Shown here: one piece after another, positions 12,943 to 25,761 of the stretch
Numbering within the stretch: the first letter of the stretch is position 1
How the letters are laid out: each line of letters begins with the position of its first letter
Source: Utricularia gibba
Taxonomy: Eukaryota > Plantae > Magnoliophyta
DNA: 64,000 bases
NCBI GenBank assembly: GCA_002189035.1
Contig: NEEC01000026.1
Coordinates: 558,001-622,000, forward strand
Direction: 5' to 3'
The notes under the pieces: generated by a model
Seen by the model: the letters and a program-made list of their open reading frames with translations, nothing else
Told to the model about the DNA's origin: nothing
The model's database searches: none
Translations under genes and position numbers: made by a program

Positions 12943-13542
12943 AATCTACAGGGCCAGGGAGGTTCGCTTCGCTTCGAAAGATCGAATCGAGCATCTTGTG
13001 ATTGCTGCGTCTGTGATGTATGTTGTGTGTGTGGGTGTGTACGCGCGAGCCAGCGGTTCCACCATGACTACTACTACTACTACTGTTGCTACTTGGCCTC
13101 AGCTAGCTCGGGTAATGGACCCAACCCCCCCAAACCAGCAGTGATTTCATTTCTTTCCAATTTGTTCGCCTTGCCTTTTTATCAATCCTCGGACGCTCCG
13201 CCGTATCCCGGCTTCTGTGTACCCAAAACTCCCTGTTTCTCTATTTGCTTCATCAAATCCTGGATTGGGAAGCTCCGCTGTATCCTGGAGCCTCCGTGTC
13301 AACTTGTGTGTTTCACGTCTTCATGCTTTGGTTTGCCAGCTGCACTGCAATCATTGCTTGCACTTGTTCCCATTTCCAGCCTCATTTTTGTTTTCCAGTA
13401 TATTTAATAATATTAATTTTGGATCCAAGCAGTTGAAGTAAGTGGCCACTCCCTCCCTCCTCGCCCTCGCCCTCAGCTCAGCTCATGACTACTCGCCGCA
13501 GCCTTCTTTACACCGAGGAAGAAGAAAACAATCAGACCTTTC

Positions 13543-14754
13543 GTGGTGGCGATGGCTGTTCGAGTTTCCGCTTCCCGGTTTACCCCTACATTTTTACTCT
13601 ATTTACCTTTCCTCCTTTCCTCCGTTTCCTGCATCAACGTCACCCATCTCTTGTCTGCCTACCCGGCCTTCTCCGCCTTCTCCGGCCTCCTCGCCTCCAC
13701 CGCCGTCGCCGCTGACCTCGCCTCCCGGTCTTCCATCACCGTCCTCGCCGTCCCCGATGCCTACCTCCGCGCCACCACAGCTTCTCTACATCCCGCCGTC
13801 GATCTGTCTGACGTCCTTCGTTACCACATTCTACTTGAATACCTATCATTTTCCGACCTCCGTCGCGTTCCTCCGACGGGGAAACTCGTCACTACTCTCT
13901 TTCAAACCACCGGACGCGCCGCCGCTAATTCCGGCACTGTCAACATTACCTTCGATTCCTCCTCGAGCGCCGTAACGTTCCATTCCCCGGCCTCCAACGC
14001 CACTCTTCTCTCCCAAATTGAAATCATTCCTTATAATCTGTCCATCATGTCTCTGGATTCCTTACTAATTCCTTACGTTCTCGATCTGATGACATCTGAA
14101 ACTCGCCCCCCACTGGGGCTTAATATCACCAAGGCTCTAATAGACGGCCACGATTTTAATGTGGCTGCGGCAATGCTAGACGCCTCGGGAGTAGTTTCGG
14201 AGTTTGAGGCCGACGAGGGCGGCGCCGGAATTACGATGTTCATCCCCATCGACGAGGCATTCGCGGATCTGCCGTTGTCCATTCAATTCCAGTCGCTGCC
14301 AGCTGATATAAAGGCGGTGGTTCTAAGATTTCACGTCCTTCATTCATACTATCCCTTGGGCTCGCTAGAGTCCATCGTCAATCCCGTACAACCCACACTT
14401 GCGACGGAGCAAAATGGAGCGGGAAGCTTCACCCTGAACATTTCCCGGGTCAACGGGTCTGTAGGAATCAACACTGGAATAGTTCAGGCGTCAGTAACAC
14501 AGACTGTTTTCGATCAAAATCCGGTGTCCATCTTCGGAGTATCCAAAGTTTTGCTGCCTAGAGAGTTGTTCGGAAACAATCCTATTGAAGTGGACGATCT
14601 AATTCAAGGGGCTGCGCCGCCCGATTCAGCGCTGCCACCAGACAACTCTGTATCTTTACCCATTCACGCGTCTGACGTTCCAAGGCGTAGTATTCTGGCA
14701 ATTGGAGGAGTTGGTTTATCTTTGGGATTCGTGTGTATAGCAGTAATCTTATAA
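13543..14754 (+). CDS. FLA4: Fasciclin-like arabinogalactan protein, FLA4/SOS5 type; intronless, two FAS1 domains, signal peptide and GPI-like tail
   Basis: 403-aa ORF with ITVLAVPD, YHILLEY, GITMFIPIDEAF and FHVLHSYYPLGSLESIVNPVQPTLATE; hydrophobic N- and C-termini. Start could be 13552. Confidence 0.93.
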   Translation: MVAMAVRVSASRFTPTFLLYLPFLLSSVSCINVTHLLSAYPAFSAFSGLLASTAVAADLASRSSITVLAVPDAYLRATTASLHPAVDLSDVLRYHILLEYLSFSDLRRVPPTGKLVTTLFQTTGRAAANSGTVNITFDSSSSAVTFHSPASNATLLSQIEIIPYNLSIMSLDSLLIPYVLDLMTSETRPPLGLNITKALIDGHDFNVAAAMLDASGVVSEFEADEGGAGITMFIPIDEAFADLPLSIQFQSLPADIKAVVLRFHVLHSYYPLGSLESIVNPVQPTLATEQNGAGSFTLNISRVNGSVGINTGIVQASVTQTVFDQNPVSIFGVSKVLLPRELFGNNPIEVDDLIQGAAPPDSALPPDNSVSLPIHASDVPRRSILAIGGVGLSLGFVCIAVIL

Positions 14755-16190
14755 CTGTCGGTTTCCATGGTGATGGAAGTGATCCGTTCAACTGCGCTGA
14801 AAATGATGAAGACGAAGCATTCATATCTACACAGCGCACGGGAAGTCACAGGTATCACAAAAGAATCATCCTCTTGAATCTGCTTGCTGCTCTGCCGTAG
14901 GGTCGTTCTATTGTTTGAACTCATCTTGGTTTCTTTTGGAGGAGAAAAATCGTTTTAGTCACACCTACTTGGCCAATCCCTTTTTAGTCTTGACAGGATA
15001 ATGATATTGTCGTATCACAAACCCTTTTGCATGTATCCGTGCATACAGGATGAATGGTTGATCATTAACATATTCAAACGAAACACTTGGCTTGGTTGTA
15101 TGATCAAAAACTAGTATACAATGCTTTTATTTTATATATAAATAAACATAAAGACTGTGCTGAAACTATGATGATTTGTGAGGAACCAATGGATGATGAT
15201 CGGCACACTATGGCTAGCCAAGACGTGGTAATATTTTCTTTTATGATCCAAATGTTCTGGAAGTGAAGGCTTGGGTTTGCAGCGCATGTTCCTTAATTTA
15301 GGTGGCTGGAATGATGGGCGTTGCACTTGTGGGAACTTTTTTTGTTCGGTCGTGTAGTTGTTTTTTCTAGGGCTAAGCAAGTGAGGCAGGACTGACACCA
15401 GCTCAACAATGACTTATGTGGCGGTAATGGTGGATTATGAAGCTGTCAGGTGGCAGCTCATGCCAATCTGTGGCCTTACTTGTTTCGTTTTGAGTGTGTT
15501 CCCGGTATGGTTCTCTAGCATTAAAATCATCAAGGTGTTTGGTTTACTGGTTAGCTTTGTCTATGTCCTTCCCATTGGCAGTATTCTTATTTCTGGCAAT
15601 CAGATACCTGATGCATCACCACCTGTTGCGTAAGACAGTGACCATTCTTCTCTGGGTGTGTTGCATGGGTTTCGTTGTCTACGCTGTGTGCCACAGTGAG
15701 TGGTTAGACCAGGGTGTCGTGTGTCCATGGACAAAGCATGCTAGTTTCCTAATGGGTAGGTTGCTTATATAAGGCAGTTTGATGTTCTTTAGGGTGAATT
15801 CCACAAAGCATGCTAGTTTCCTTACCAGCGTCTCCATCTAGCATACGGTCGAGAAAGCTAAAGAATCCAAGACCATTTCTCTCCGAACTAGCTTATTAGA
15901 GGTCATATGCACATTCTCAAGGGAATATACACGATAAATTTGTACCTGAGCGCGCATGAGATTCTCTTCCTTGCAAGACGCATGATATCAATCCCCAACA
16001 CATCACTTTTTGTTGATGATTCATTGGCAATTAGAGAAGTTAGACAATATATCATAAAGTTCAGAAAGTTGGAATGAGCAAGGAGATTTCTCCTACCATT
16101 AGGATGGTTTGAATAATACACAAGGACGTAGAAGTACTGGACCTTGTTTCTGGAAATGAGATGGGAAGGATCATGATCAAACATGTGAAT

Positions 16191-16332
16191 TGGAGATTCC
16201 TAGGTATGATGGCATATTGGACACTTCATGGTCGTTAAATATGTGTGAACGTGTGATTGACTACCATCATACGTTTGAAGATGACAAGCTCAAGATTGTT
16301 GCTACTTAGTTGAAGGAACTGCACAAGGCTAG
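16191..16332 (+). pseudogene. Relic of a gypsy (CRM/chromovirus-like) gag N-terminus
   Basis: EIPRYDG...ERVIDYH..FEDDKLKIVAT*LK resembles the xEIPxFDG..ERxFDY..xEDKKVKLVAxKLK gag motif; contains a frameshift and a stop. Confidence 0.45.
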
Positions 16333-17214
16333 TAAATGAAATAAGATACCAAACCTTAAGTGGACAAAATGTAGAGAGCAATGCAATCTAAGGTTTGGCC
16401 CAAGGGATCAAGAATCTATGTTGGAGAGCATGACTTAACTTTGGATGGGGTAAAGTTTAGAATAACACATCAAAAAATTTGAGGAACTTGCCTTTAGAAG
16501 ACTTAGTTCACCAACATGATAAGATGATTTGTGTGGAGGGGAGGGGAGGAGGTTTTCCAAATATCTTCCTATGAGTATAATTGTTAATTATCATATATAT
16601 ATATATATATATATCATTTATTTCTATGTTTTAATTTATGATAGAGTCATTGAATTAGAAATTAATTTAAATATTATTAGTTGTTATTATATATTTTTAC
16701 ACTATATTTGACTCTATTTTCATGTGAAAATTGTAGTTGGCATCAAATGGAATACGGCATCATCTAAACAAAAAAAAAAAAAAAAAAGCAAAACACATGC
16801 GATCAAGCAAATCAAATTAATAGTAAGCAAAACGTTGTTTATGGCATTATAAATGACCCATCAAATATGACATGTTAGAGTTGTAATAATTAGATGACCG
16901 GATTACCTGCATGAGGAAAGTAAAGAGTATAAGAAAGATAAAATGAATGAAAAAAATAAAAGCAAGGTAATTAAAAGCACTTCTTGAAGAAGAATGAAAG
17001 AAACTATTCAATTTTTGAACTTTTGAGAATCTGAACAATTTTGAACTTTTTGAAAGAAATGAACATTTTCTATTTTCAGTTTTGTGTTATGATGGTAGGT
17101 TATTTAGTTTATGAGAATTGATAAATTTTATTTTAATGTACTAAGCATAAATCTCAGTTGTTAATTAGATATTTTTCCATATTTTTTATATTTCCACATG
17201 CATATCTTGTAGTC

Positions 17215-17755
17215 TGTTAAGGGAGAAAATCAGCACTGGGGTTGGAACTGATTTTCGTGTTGTGGAGTTCGCCCAGGGGCGTCGAACCCGGGTATGGGTT
17301 TTATGCTTTGTTTGGTACGTTTAACGAAAATAAAGAACAAATATTTTTTACGTGGAAATCGTTGGAGAACGGAAAAACCATGGAGCTGACGGAGCTCACC
17401 GGAAAATATCTTTGCTAGACGGGAGTGGGGAAAAATATAGGTTGGAGGGTTTAGAGTCGAACCCTTTTCTCTTTAGAACTTCTCCTATTTATAGAAGAGG
17501 TCAATCTGACCGAATCATGAATTCTGTAGCAATCGGCTGCCTTTCGTGCCTAATGTACGCACTGCGATTCTGCCCCTGGACAACCGCCGACTGCTCTGCT
17601 ATCGCCGTAATTCGGCTACTTTTCAGTCTGTCTGAAATGGCCACTTCTGACAAACCCTGACAGTTATCGGTCTATCGGCCTGCGCCAGGGTGTCAGAACA
17701 TCTTTTGGCCACTTTTTCAGTAATCGATTAGCCAGGCCCGATTTAGACCCCATCA
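17215..17755 (-). mobile_element. Solo LTR (541 bp), same lineage as the Tat 3' LTR
   Basis: TG...CA termini, perfect 5-bp TSD TAGTC (17210-17214 and 17756-17760), and reverse-complement similarity to 6594-7120 and 51099-51648. Confidence 0.93.
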
Positions 17756-18580
17756 TAGTCATTATGTAGTATTTCTTCATCATAGTGCATGAACATTTGA
17801 TCACTAATACATATTTTGATGTAAAACAAGATAAAACATATCACTTCTAACCTTTTTGGTTCATAGGGAATAAGCAAACTGTTTGTGATCACATTGCTGA
17901 TGAACGGGTAGTGATCTTGTACCCGAGAATTTAGTAATTGGAAACAATGAGCATACACGTAAAATTCAACGACAATCCTCTTGTTTTTTCCATCATTCAA
18001 AACCGGTAACAGAAAGCTATTCACATGTTTCATTATATAAGAGGGTAATGAAGCATATTGTTATTCTTTGTTATGATAATCAACTATTCAAAAGAAACCA
18101 ATGAAAGCTGAAGTAAAGAGAGACAACGAAAGAGACAGATTAGCTTATCTAGAACAATTTTCCTTAATTAAGATTCATCATTTAAGTTTTATTTCCTATT
18201 TTCATATCTTTCAATCTCTCTAACAAAAACATGATAGTTTATAATAGTATTGAAAACTTAATCTTTCAACTAAGATTAATTTTTTATACTTGATACTCGT
18301 ACTATATTTATTTATGTTATATGTTTTTCTCTACTAGCACCTGAGAAATTCGACCAACATTCAAGAGTCTTGAGAAGGTTATCGACGGAGTGCTCCACGT
18401 GTGGATACCATAGAGGCCGTCTCCTATTGGCGGTTGGTGAACAACGGAGTCATCTGAAAGGTATTTCAGCATCCCTTAGTCTGATGTATACCGTATTCCA
18501 AGATCTGCGTTGGGGGTTTCTGAAAATTTTTAAAATTCCGCTGCTTTTGAGACATACGATGTCTACGAGAAACCCAACAG

Positions 18581-18590
18581 TGGTATCAGA
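18581..18590 (+). other. Primer-binding site (tRNA-iMet) of the copia element
   Basis: TGGTATCAGA directly after the LTR end CA. Confidence 0.85.
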
Positions 18591-18618
18591 ACGAGGTTAC
18601 GGAATACGTGTATACGTT

Positions 18619-18858
18619 AGAATCTTTGCTGATTTTACGAGATGTTCTCGTATGTTGCCTTGCCGGTGACACATTAGAATCTTTGCTGATTTTACGAGAT
18701 GTTCTCGTATGTTGCCTTGTCGGTGACACGTTATAATCCTTGCTGATTTTTCGAGATGTCCTCGAATGTTGCCTTGCCAGCGATCATCGTAATAGCATGT
18801 GATTTTGCGAGATGTTCTCGTATGTTGCCTTGCCGGCGATCATGATAATAGCATGTGA
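18619..18858. repeat. ~57-bp tandem repeat, ~4 copies, in the copia leader
   Basis: Unit agaatctttgctgattttacgagatgttctcgtatgttgccttgccggtgacacatt, diverging in later copies. Confidence 0.85.
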
Positions 18859-19739
18859 TGCACGAAATCTGATTATGTTGGATTGTTTTGCTGCCCTAGG
18901 ATGCACGAAATTTGATTGATGATTGATGCTTTCGAGAATCATATCTTACGTGTATATGCGCAGCATGATGATGGTTTATATGTGAAAGTCGTGGGGCATG
19001 ATGGCCTTTGCACGAATTTTGATTATGATGATCATATTGGTGAATTATCGATGCATATGATGTTTGATAATTTATTTGTGACCAAGGCATCTAGGGTCAA
19101 TTAGGATTTTCAAGCTTTATGTATGAAAATCCAGGGAAATGATGCGTTATGAACGAAAGGGTAAGGGTTGTCAGGATTCCTATCTGATAGGATATCGATA
19201 TCCATAATGCAAGTGTTGCCTATGGAAGAATCCCCTATCAAATAATTAAGCTTATTCCTTCCACTGATATAAGGAGAACGAGAGTCATTTTTAGTGCATA
19301 GAGTTGTTGGCTACCGTCAAGCTCTCCACTACACATGACATGTTTGAATTATGGAATTAGATTCACGGTGGGTCGGCTTAACTGATTTTATCAACTTGTT
19401 GACTAAAGCCAAGGTTGGTAAAATTGGAGGAAAGGTTGAGGTAAATAGTTTTTACATCAAGAGTTGATGACTCAATGATACAGTGGTTGTATGAGAGATA
19501 CAATTGGCATGAGATGACTACCTGTTTCATTCATTAAAGCTTGTTGGCTACAGTCAAGGTGGAGATGAATGAAATGGGACACTATCCCACTAAGAAAATC
19601 TGATTTTCTCGTTTTGTTAGTAAGGGGCTGCCATCTCGAAAAACATAGTGGGAGTATATCACATTTAATAAAGACCAGTTAGATGTGATTTAAGGAACAC
19701 TACATGATGTGTTTGCTTTCTCTTCTTCAGGTTGAAGAT

Positions 19740-22700
19740 ATGTCTTCCAGCGTGAATTTGAGATCCATTCTAGAGTCCAACAAGTTGGTTGGCTTGAATT
19801 TTACTGATTGGCACCGCAATTTGAGAATTGTTCTCAAGGCGGAGAAGATTGCTTACATCCTTGAGCAAGATGTTCCTGCACAACCCAGAGCTAATGCAGT
19901 TGAAGATGTTCGGCGTGATCTCCAAAAACAGCATAGATGATGCTGAGCTTGTCTCCTGTATCATGCTTGCTTCGATGGCCCCTGATCTCCAAAAACAGCA
20001 TGAGGCGATGACTTGCCAACAGATGATAACACACCTCAAGGATCTATTTGGTGAGCACTCACGACTTGAAAGGTTCAAGACATCAAAGCTGTTGTTCAAT
20101 TGTCGCTTGGTAGAAGGAAGTTCTGCTGCTGATCATGCGACATTGATGTTGAGTTACATTGAGAAGTTGTCCACTCTTGGTTTTGTGTTGGATAAGGACT
20201 TGAGTATTGACTTAATCCTTACCTCACTACCTGATAGCTACTCACAGTTTGTGATGAACTATTAGATGAACAAGATGGATCAAACTGTTCTGAATTGATT
20301 CAGTTACTCAAGTCTGTTGAGACAACTATCATAAAGAAACAAAAAAATGTCATACTTGTCTCTTCAAGGAAAAAGGTTTCCAAGAAGAAGAGTCAAGACA
20401 AGAAGCTCAAAGCTAAAAGTGATATCAAGAAGAAGAAGCCTGTTGAAAAACCGGCTAAGGGTGAATACTTTCATTGTGGGAAATCTGGTCAATGGAAGAG
20501 AAACTGCAAAGCCTATCTAGAGTCAATCAAGGGCAAGAAGCAGAATGAGAATTCAGCTTCAAATATACACATGATTGAGATTAACACTACTATCAAGAAT
20601 GGTTCTTGGGTGTTAGATTCTGGTTGTGGTGCTCACATTTGCACTAACATGCAGGACCTAATGAGTAGTAGAATCTTGAAGAAAGGCGATGTTGACCTAA
20701 GAGTTGGGAATGGTGCACGAGTTGCTGCCATGGCAATTGGGACTTGCCACATCGCCCTACCTCTGGATTATCTCTTAAATTAGATTCTGTTTATTGTGTT
20801 CCCTCATTGTCTGAGAACATCGTCTCTATTTCTTGTTTGGACAAAATTGGTTTCGAGTTTTCTATAAGGAACAATTGTTGTTCCATACGACGAGGGAATG
20901 TGCATTATGGTACTGCTACGATAGTAAACGAAATATATGTTTTGGATCAGCATGATTCAGAACATATTAACATGTGCATAAAAAGGCCAAGGATTGACAA
21001 TGTCTTGAATTCTTACCTCTGGCATTGTCGTTTAGGCCATATAAACAAGAAGTGTGTTGAGTACTTATATCGATTGGGATATTTGAACTCAGAAGATTTT
21101 GAATAATATGAAACATGCGAATCTTGTTTATTGGGCAAAATGACAAAGCAATCTTTTCTAGGAAAAGGAGCAAGAGCTGAAAACTTATTGATTTAATACA
21201 TTCTGATGTATGTGGTCAAATGAGCATCACTACTATAGGGGGTTTCTCGTATTTCATCACTTTTATAGATGACCATTCAAGATATGGATGCATCTACTTG
21301 ATGAAACGAAAATCTGAAGCCTTTGAAAAGTTCAAAGAGTTTCGGATGGAGGTCGAGAACCAGCTTGAGCGTTCCATCAAGAAACTTCGATCAGATCGTG
21401 GTGGGGAATACTTGAGTAATGAATTCAAGAATCATCTGAAAGACAATGGTATTGTCTCAGAAAGAACTCCTCCTGATACACCTGAGCACAATGGTGTTTC
21501 TGAGAGGAGAAATCGAACTTTGCTTGACATGGTTCGATCCATGAACAAAAGTCCATGTGGGGATATGCTTTAGAGGCAGCGGCTCATGTTTTGAACAAAG
21601 CCCCATCGAAATCAGTTGAAACCACTCCTTATGATATTTGGATTGGCAGAAAACCGAGTTTCTCCTATCTCAAAGCTTGGGGATGCCCTGCTTATGTAAG
21701 AAGGTTGAAGTCAGATAAGTTGGAGAACAAATTTGACAAGTGTTTCTTTCTGCGATATCCACAAGAAATCATGGGATACTACTTCTATAATCCTCAAGAG
21801 GGAAAGGTTTTCATCTCGAGGAATGCTGTCTTTTTAGAGAAAGAGTTTCTCCTCAAAGAAGCAAGTGGGAGTCGTTTTGAACTTGAGGAGATATTTGAGA
21901 ACGAGCCAATGACACCTATAGAGATGCCAGTGGGTGACTCAAAAGGTAATCTAGGCTCACCATCTCGAAATTGTGTCCCAGAAACTGGTAATGTACCAGT
22001 GAGCAATCAACCTGAGCAATCTGGCTTGCCAAATGTACCAAGCACGTTTTCTGTCAGAAGATCAGTCCGACAACGTAACCCTGTTGTGAGATATGGTTTC
22101 ATTGTTGATGCCGAAGGCATGGGAGACCTCACATTAGATGAGGAACCTCAGACTTATGATGAAGCAATCAATAGTACTGAGTCAAGTAAATGGCTTGTTG
22201 CCATGGGGACAGAAATGGATTCCATGTATGAGAACAATGTATGGACATTGGTCAATGCTCCAGAGGGAGTAAATCCTATTGGATGCAAATGGGTATTCAA
22301 AAGGAAAACTGACATGGATGGAAATATATCTACCTATAAGGCATGACTTGTGGCAAAAGGGTATCGTCAAAAACAAGGTGTTGATTATGACGAAACCTCC
22401 TCGCATGTTGCTATGCTGAAGTCCATTCGAATTTTACTTGCCATTGCTGCTCATTTTGATTATGAGATATGGTAGATGGATGTGAAAACAGCCTTCCTAA
22501 ATGGAAATTTGGCTGAGAAAGTGTACATGACACAACCGGAAGGTTTCACACAAGATCCTAGTAAAGTGTGTAAACTGAACAAATCCATCTATGGGCTAAA
22601 GCAAGCTTCAAGAAGTTGGAACATCAAATTTGATGAGACAATCAAAGAGTTTGGTTTCTCTCAAAATGAAGATGAACCTTGTGTATACAAGAAGGTAGAT

Positions 22701-22839
22701 GGCTTGGCAATCGTATTTCTCATATTATATGTGGATGGCATATTAGTAATGGGAAATGATGTTGCAATAATGCAATCAGTAAAAATCTGGTTATCCAAGA
22801 GCTTTTCATTGAAAGATCTTGGAGATGTGGCTTATATAT
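19740..22839 (+). pseudogene. Copia gag-pol remnant (gag, Zn knuckle, protease, GAG-pre-integrase, integrase, partial RT)
   Basis: SVNLRSILESNKLVGLNFTDWHRNLRIVL (Angela-type gag), WVLDSG (protease), LWHCRLGHIN, KKLRSDRGGEY...NGVSERRNRTLLDMVRSM (integrase), MDVKTAFLNG...LYVDG (RT, catalytic DD mutated). Many stops and frameshifts; RNase H absent. Confidence 0.92.
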
Positions 22840-22965
22840 AGAGCTTTTGAGACATAAGATGTCTACGAGAAACCCAACATAAGTCTTGTATCAATTAGAT
22901 CTAGAGATTGAATGCACTTTTATAGTGAAAAAGAGATAACAACTTCTGCTTCATCTATTGGCAAA

Positions 22966-24336
22966 TGATAGCACACGAATTTTCCTACTTTTATGATATG
23001 AAAATCACAAATTTTTAATTATATTTAGTTGTTAATTTTATAGTTTTAAGTATTTTTATTTGATTAGGGAAAATATGATTTTTTGGTGTATTAGTGGGCT
23101 AAATCCTTTGATTTAGCTCACCTTATGTCTAACCCGATTTTGAGTTTAGTAGCAACCCAAAATTCAAGTAAGAAATCTGGATTTCATGCAAATCACCAAG
23201 CTGCAGGGGGCAATGAGTACACTGTTATGGCGGAAGTCTGCAAGTTAGGGCCAGGAGCAGTAGATTTGTCAGAGAATGTACTTGCCTTGGGCAGCGGGAG
23301 GAGAGAGAGTCGCAAAGGGGGAACAAGCAGAATTTTCAGAACACACACGAGGGGGTTTCTCCCCAACTCGAACACGAGGAATACTGAAGGAGAAGGAAAA
23401 AGAAAGGCGATTTTCTAGAGAAGAACCTCCAATTTAAAGGAAGAAAATGAAGACCCAGTTCAGCGCTGCTGTTCCGGCCTGTGAACAGTAGCATTCAAAA
23501 ACCAAAATCCTTACTGCTTTACTTTAGTTTGTTAATGTTTTTCAGTTTCTGCAATCAACTTCTGCATGATGTTCTTAACATTTTCGTTGTATTATGTTAA
23601 TGTCATTACTTTTGACTCTCCAAATATGAGTAGCAAAAACCCTAGGAGTGCCTTAAGGTGAAGCATGATGGTGTGGGTCTAGGAGTCTTAATAAAATTCA
23701 CCATTATTTCTTAACTCTTGTTTCTATCAAGCCATGGGTAGACCTAAGGAGGGGAACAAGTAGCTTCACAACTTAGATGCTTAATTTAGAGGTAGACCAA
23801 CAAATCAAGACGAGAGTAGTAGGTGTTAGTTCGGAGTAGAACCAGTAAAACCGGGTAGACCTAGTTCTATATGCTTTGCATGTGGGTAGACCTAATTGCA
23901 ATATTGGTGATGATATTGGAGACTAGCTTAGTCGAAAATGTGATGATTGACCTAGGTAAACTTAAGTTATTTGAAGTTGTGAGTGTAGGAACATGGTAAT
24001 TTAAGTTAGACATTTTAGCACCACACCATCGCAGATCCTTAAGGCATTTTCGTACTATTTTGAGTTAGAACCAGTACTTGTTACCTTTCACATTTAAACC
24101 TGATTTCGTTTACTGAACTTACTTGCCACTACTAGTCCGAGTTTAGACTAAGACCTACTATTGTCCCGAATTATGCATCTATTAAAACACTTAGCAAGCA
24201 TAAGCTCCTTGTGATCGACCCGACATCCACTATACAGGTTTTCTAAATTTATATTTTGTGTAGATTAGGGACTATAAATTTATTTGATACGGATTTCTAT
24301 TTTTATTGCAACGATATTAAGAATTTCTGTTTATCA
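22966..24336 (+). mobile_element. Solo LTR (1371 bp), Athila-like
   Basis: Termini TGATAG...TTATCA, near-TSD GCAAA/ACAAA, and a ccttgtgatcgaccc motif near the 3' end. Shares motifs such as ggagtgcctta with 52726-53906. Confidence 0.75.
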
Positions 24337-24379
24337 ACAAACAAATGGGTGTTCATTTACCAATTGGAGTACTCCCATT

Positions 24380-24720
24380 GTTCATGTTTTAATTCATAAA
24401 TAGATCAATATGCACCTTTAGGAAGAACATCCCTCAAAAGAAGAGCCTTAGTTATAATGATTCAAAGTGAAAGAGAAAATTTGTAAGAATATTTTGAACG
24501 ATTCAATCACATCTGCAACATGTATTTGCAGCAAGAACTTACTAAAGGTTAGATTTTATAGTACTTCTACAAAGGATTAACTCTCAAGATTTGAGGATAG
24601 GTGGATACTGTTACTTTGAGTAATGTGCCATTATTAGAGAAATGTCATAGTACTAATGCTAGAAGATTAATTATTCTACCATCAATTGTTATGATACATT
24701 ATACAAAGTAGACCATTCTA
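24380..24720 (+). pseudogene. Old gypsy gag relic
   Basis: Fragmented translation Q-SERENL*EYFERFNHIC...FYKGL resembles the retrotransposon gag Q..E.L.E..ERF...FY.GL motif. Confidence 0.4.
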
Positions 24721-25761
24721 GAATCTTAGCTCAATTAGTCACATTGAATGACACCTTGAAACTTAGCTTTCAAACTCTTCTTCATAAAAAAAGGAGGATG
24801 TCATGGAACTTCAAGTTTAATCATACCATATGCAGATTGATGAATGGGAATTCGTGAAATACCTATTGAGGAGTGACGAACGAAAAATCCTGAGACATTA
24901 TGGAATATTAAGATTTTCAAATCAAATACAATTTATAAAACTCTAATGCACATTAATTAACAAATCCACAAAATATGTATTCGGGGTTGAACATAAGGAA
25001 TGTAATGCTTGTTGTGCGAAATTGTATACATTTTGATATCAAATACAATTTTTAGATCTTACCTAGAACTTATGCAAATTCAACAATAATTACAAAAATA
25101 CAAATAATTAGAGAGCAACTTTCTAATTCTAAATTAGAAAACGCATATGCAATGTCTCGGGTTTCCAAGGGTGAAATACTCACTCATCTCTTCATCCTAA
25201 AACTATAATGTGCAAACTAACCCGAGATGGACTAAGTCTATATACGCCAATCTTTAATTTTTTTGGTTTCAATTTCCTTAGGTTTCCTAGACCCATCTTA
25301 CACTTAGGCCACGTTTGGTTGGACAATTTAGGTGGGTTTTCGCGTGGGTTTAGGAATAAACCCACGTTTGGTACATGGGTTTTAGGTGGGTAAAAATATA
25401 CCCACCTGCTGGCTATATACTCGGCAGGAATCCGCCGAGCTGGGATTAACTAAATCGAGGGGGAGGGGGGAGGGGGTGGTCGATTTAGCTAAACAAGGGT
25501 GTTGATTCCAATTTTACCCTCAACGTCGTGTAAATTTGAACGCAGATCTACAGAAACTAGATGCAAGTATTGCGAATTGCCAGCGGCGTTGTGTTCGTGC
25601 ACTTTGGGTGCAAATAGGTGGGTCTTCCGGTACGTGTGTTTTTTGTTCTTGATGGGTTTGTCAACTACCAACATCTATGTATTCTAATTTTCCAATTTCA
25701 AAATCAGTGGTGATTTGTGTGTGGATTTCTTTCACTCGATTTTTATTATTGTTGAGGGGAC

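Larger units (their letters stand above)
18325..22879 (+). mobile_element. Ty1/copia element (Angela-like), truncated 5' LTR and internally deleted 3' end
   Basis: LTR tail ends ...gagaaacccaaCA at 18579, PBS TGGTATCAGA at 18581, then gag-pol. RT stops at ~22839 and is joined directly to the last ~38 bp of the LTR (22842-22879). Confidence 0.9.

Noticed and set aside
13442-13975. Separate 177-aa proline-rich gene
   Set aside because: Alternative frame of the GC-rich FLA4 5' region; the FLA4 frame carries the conserved domains.
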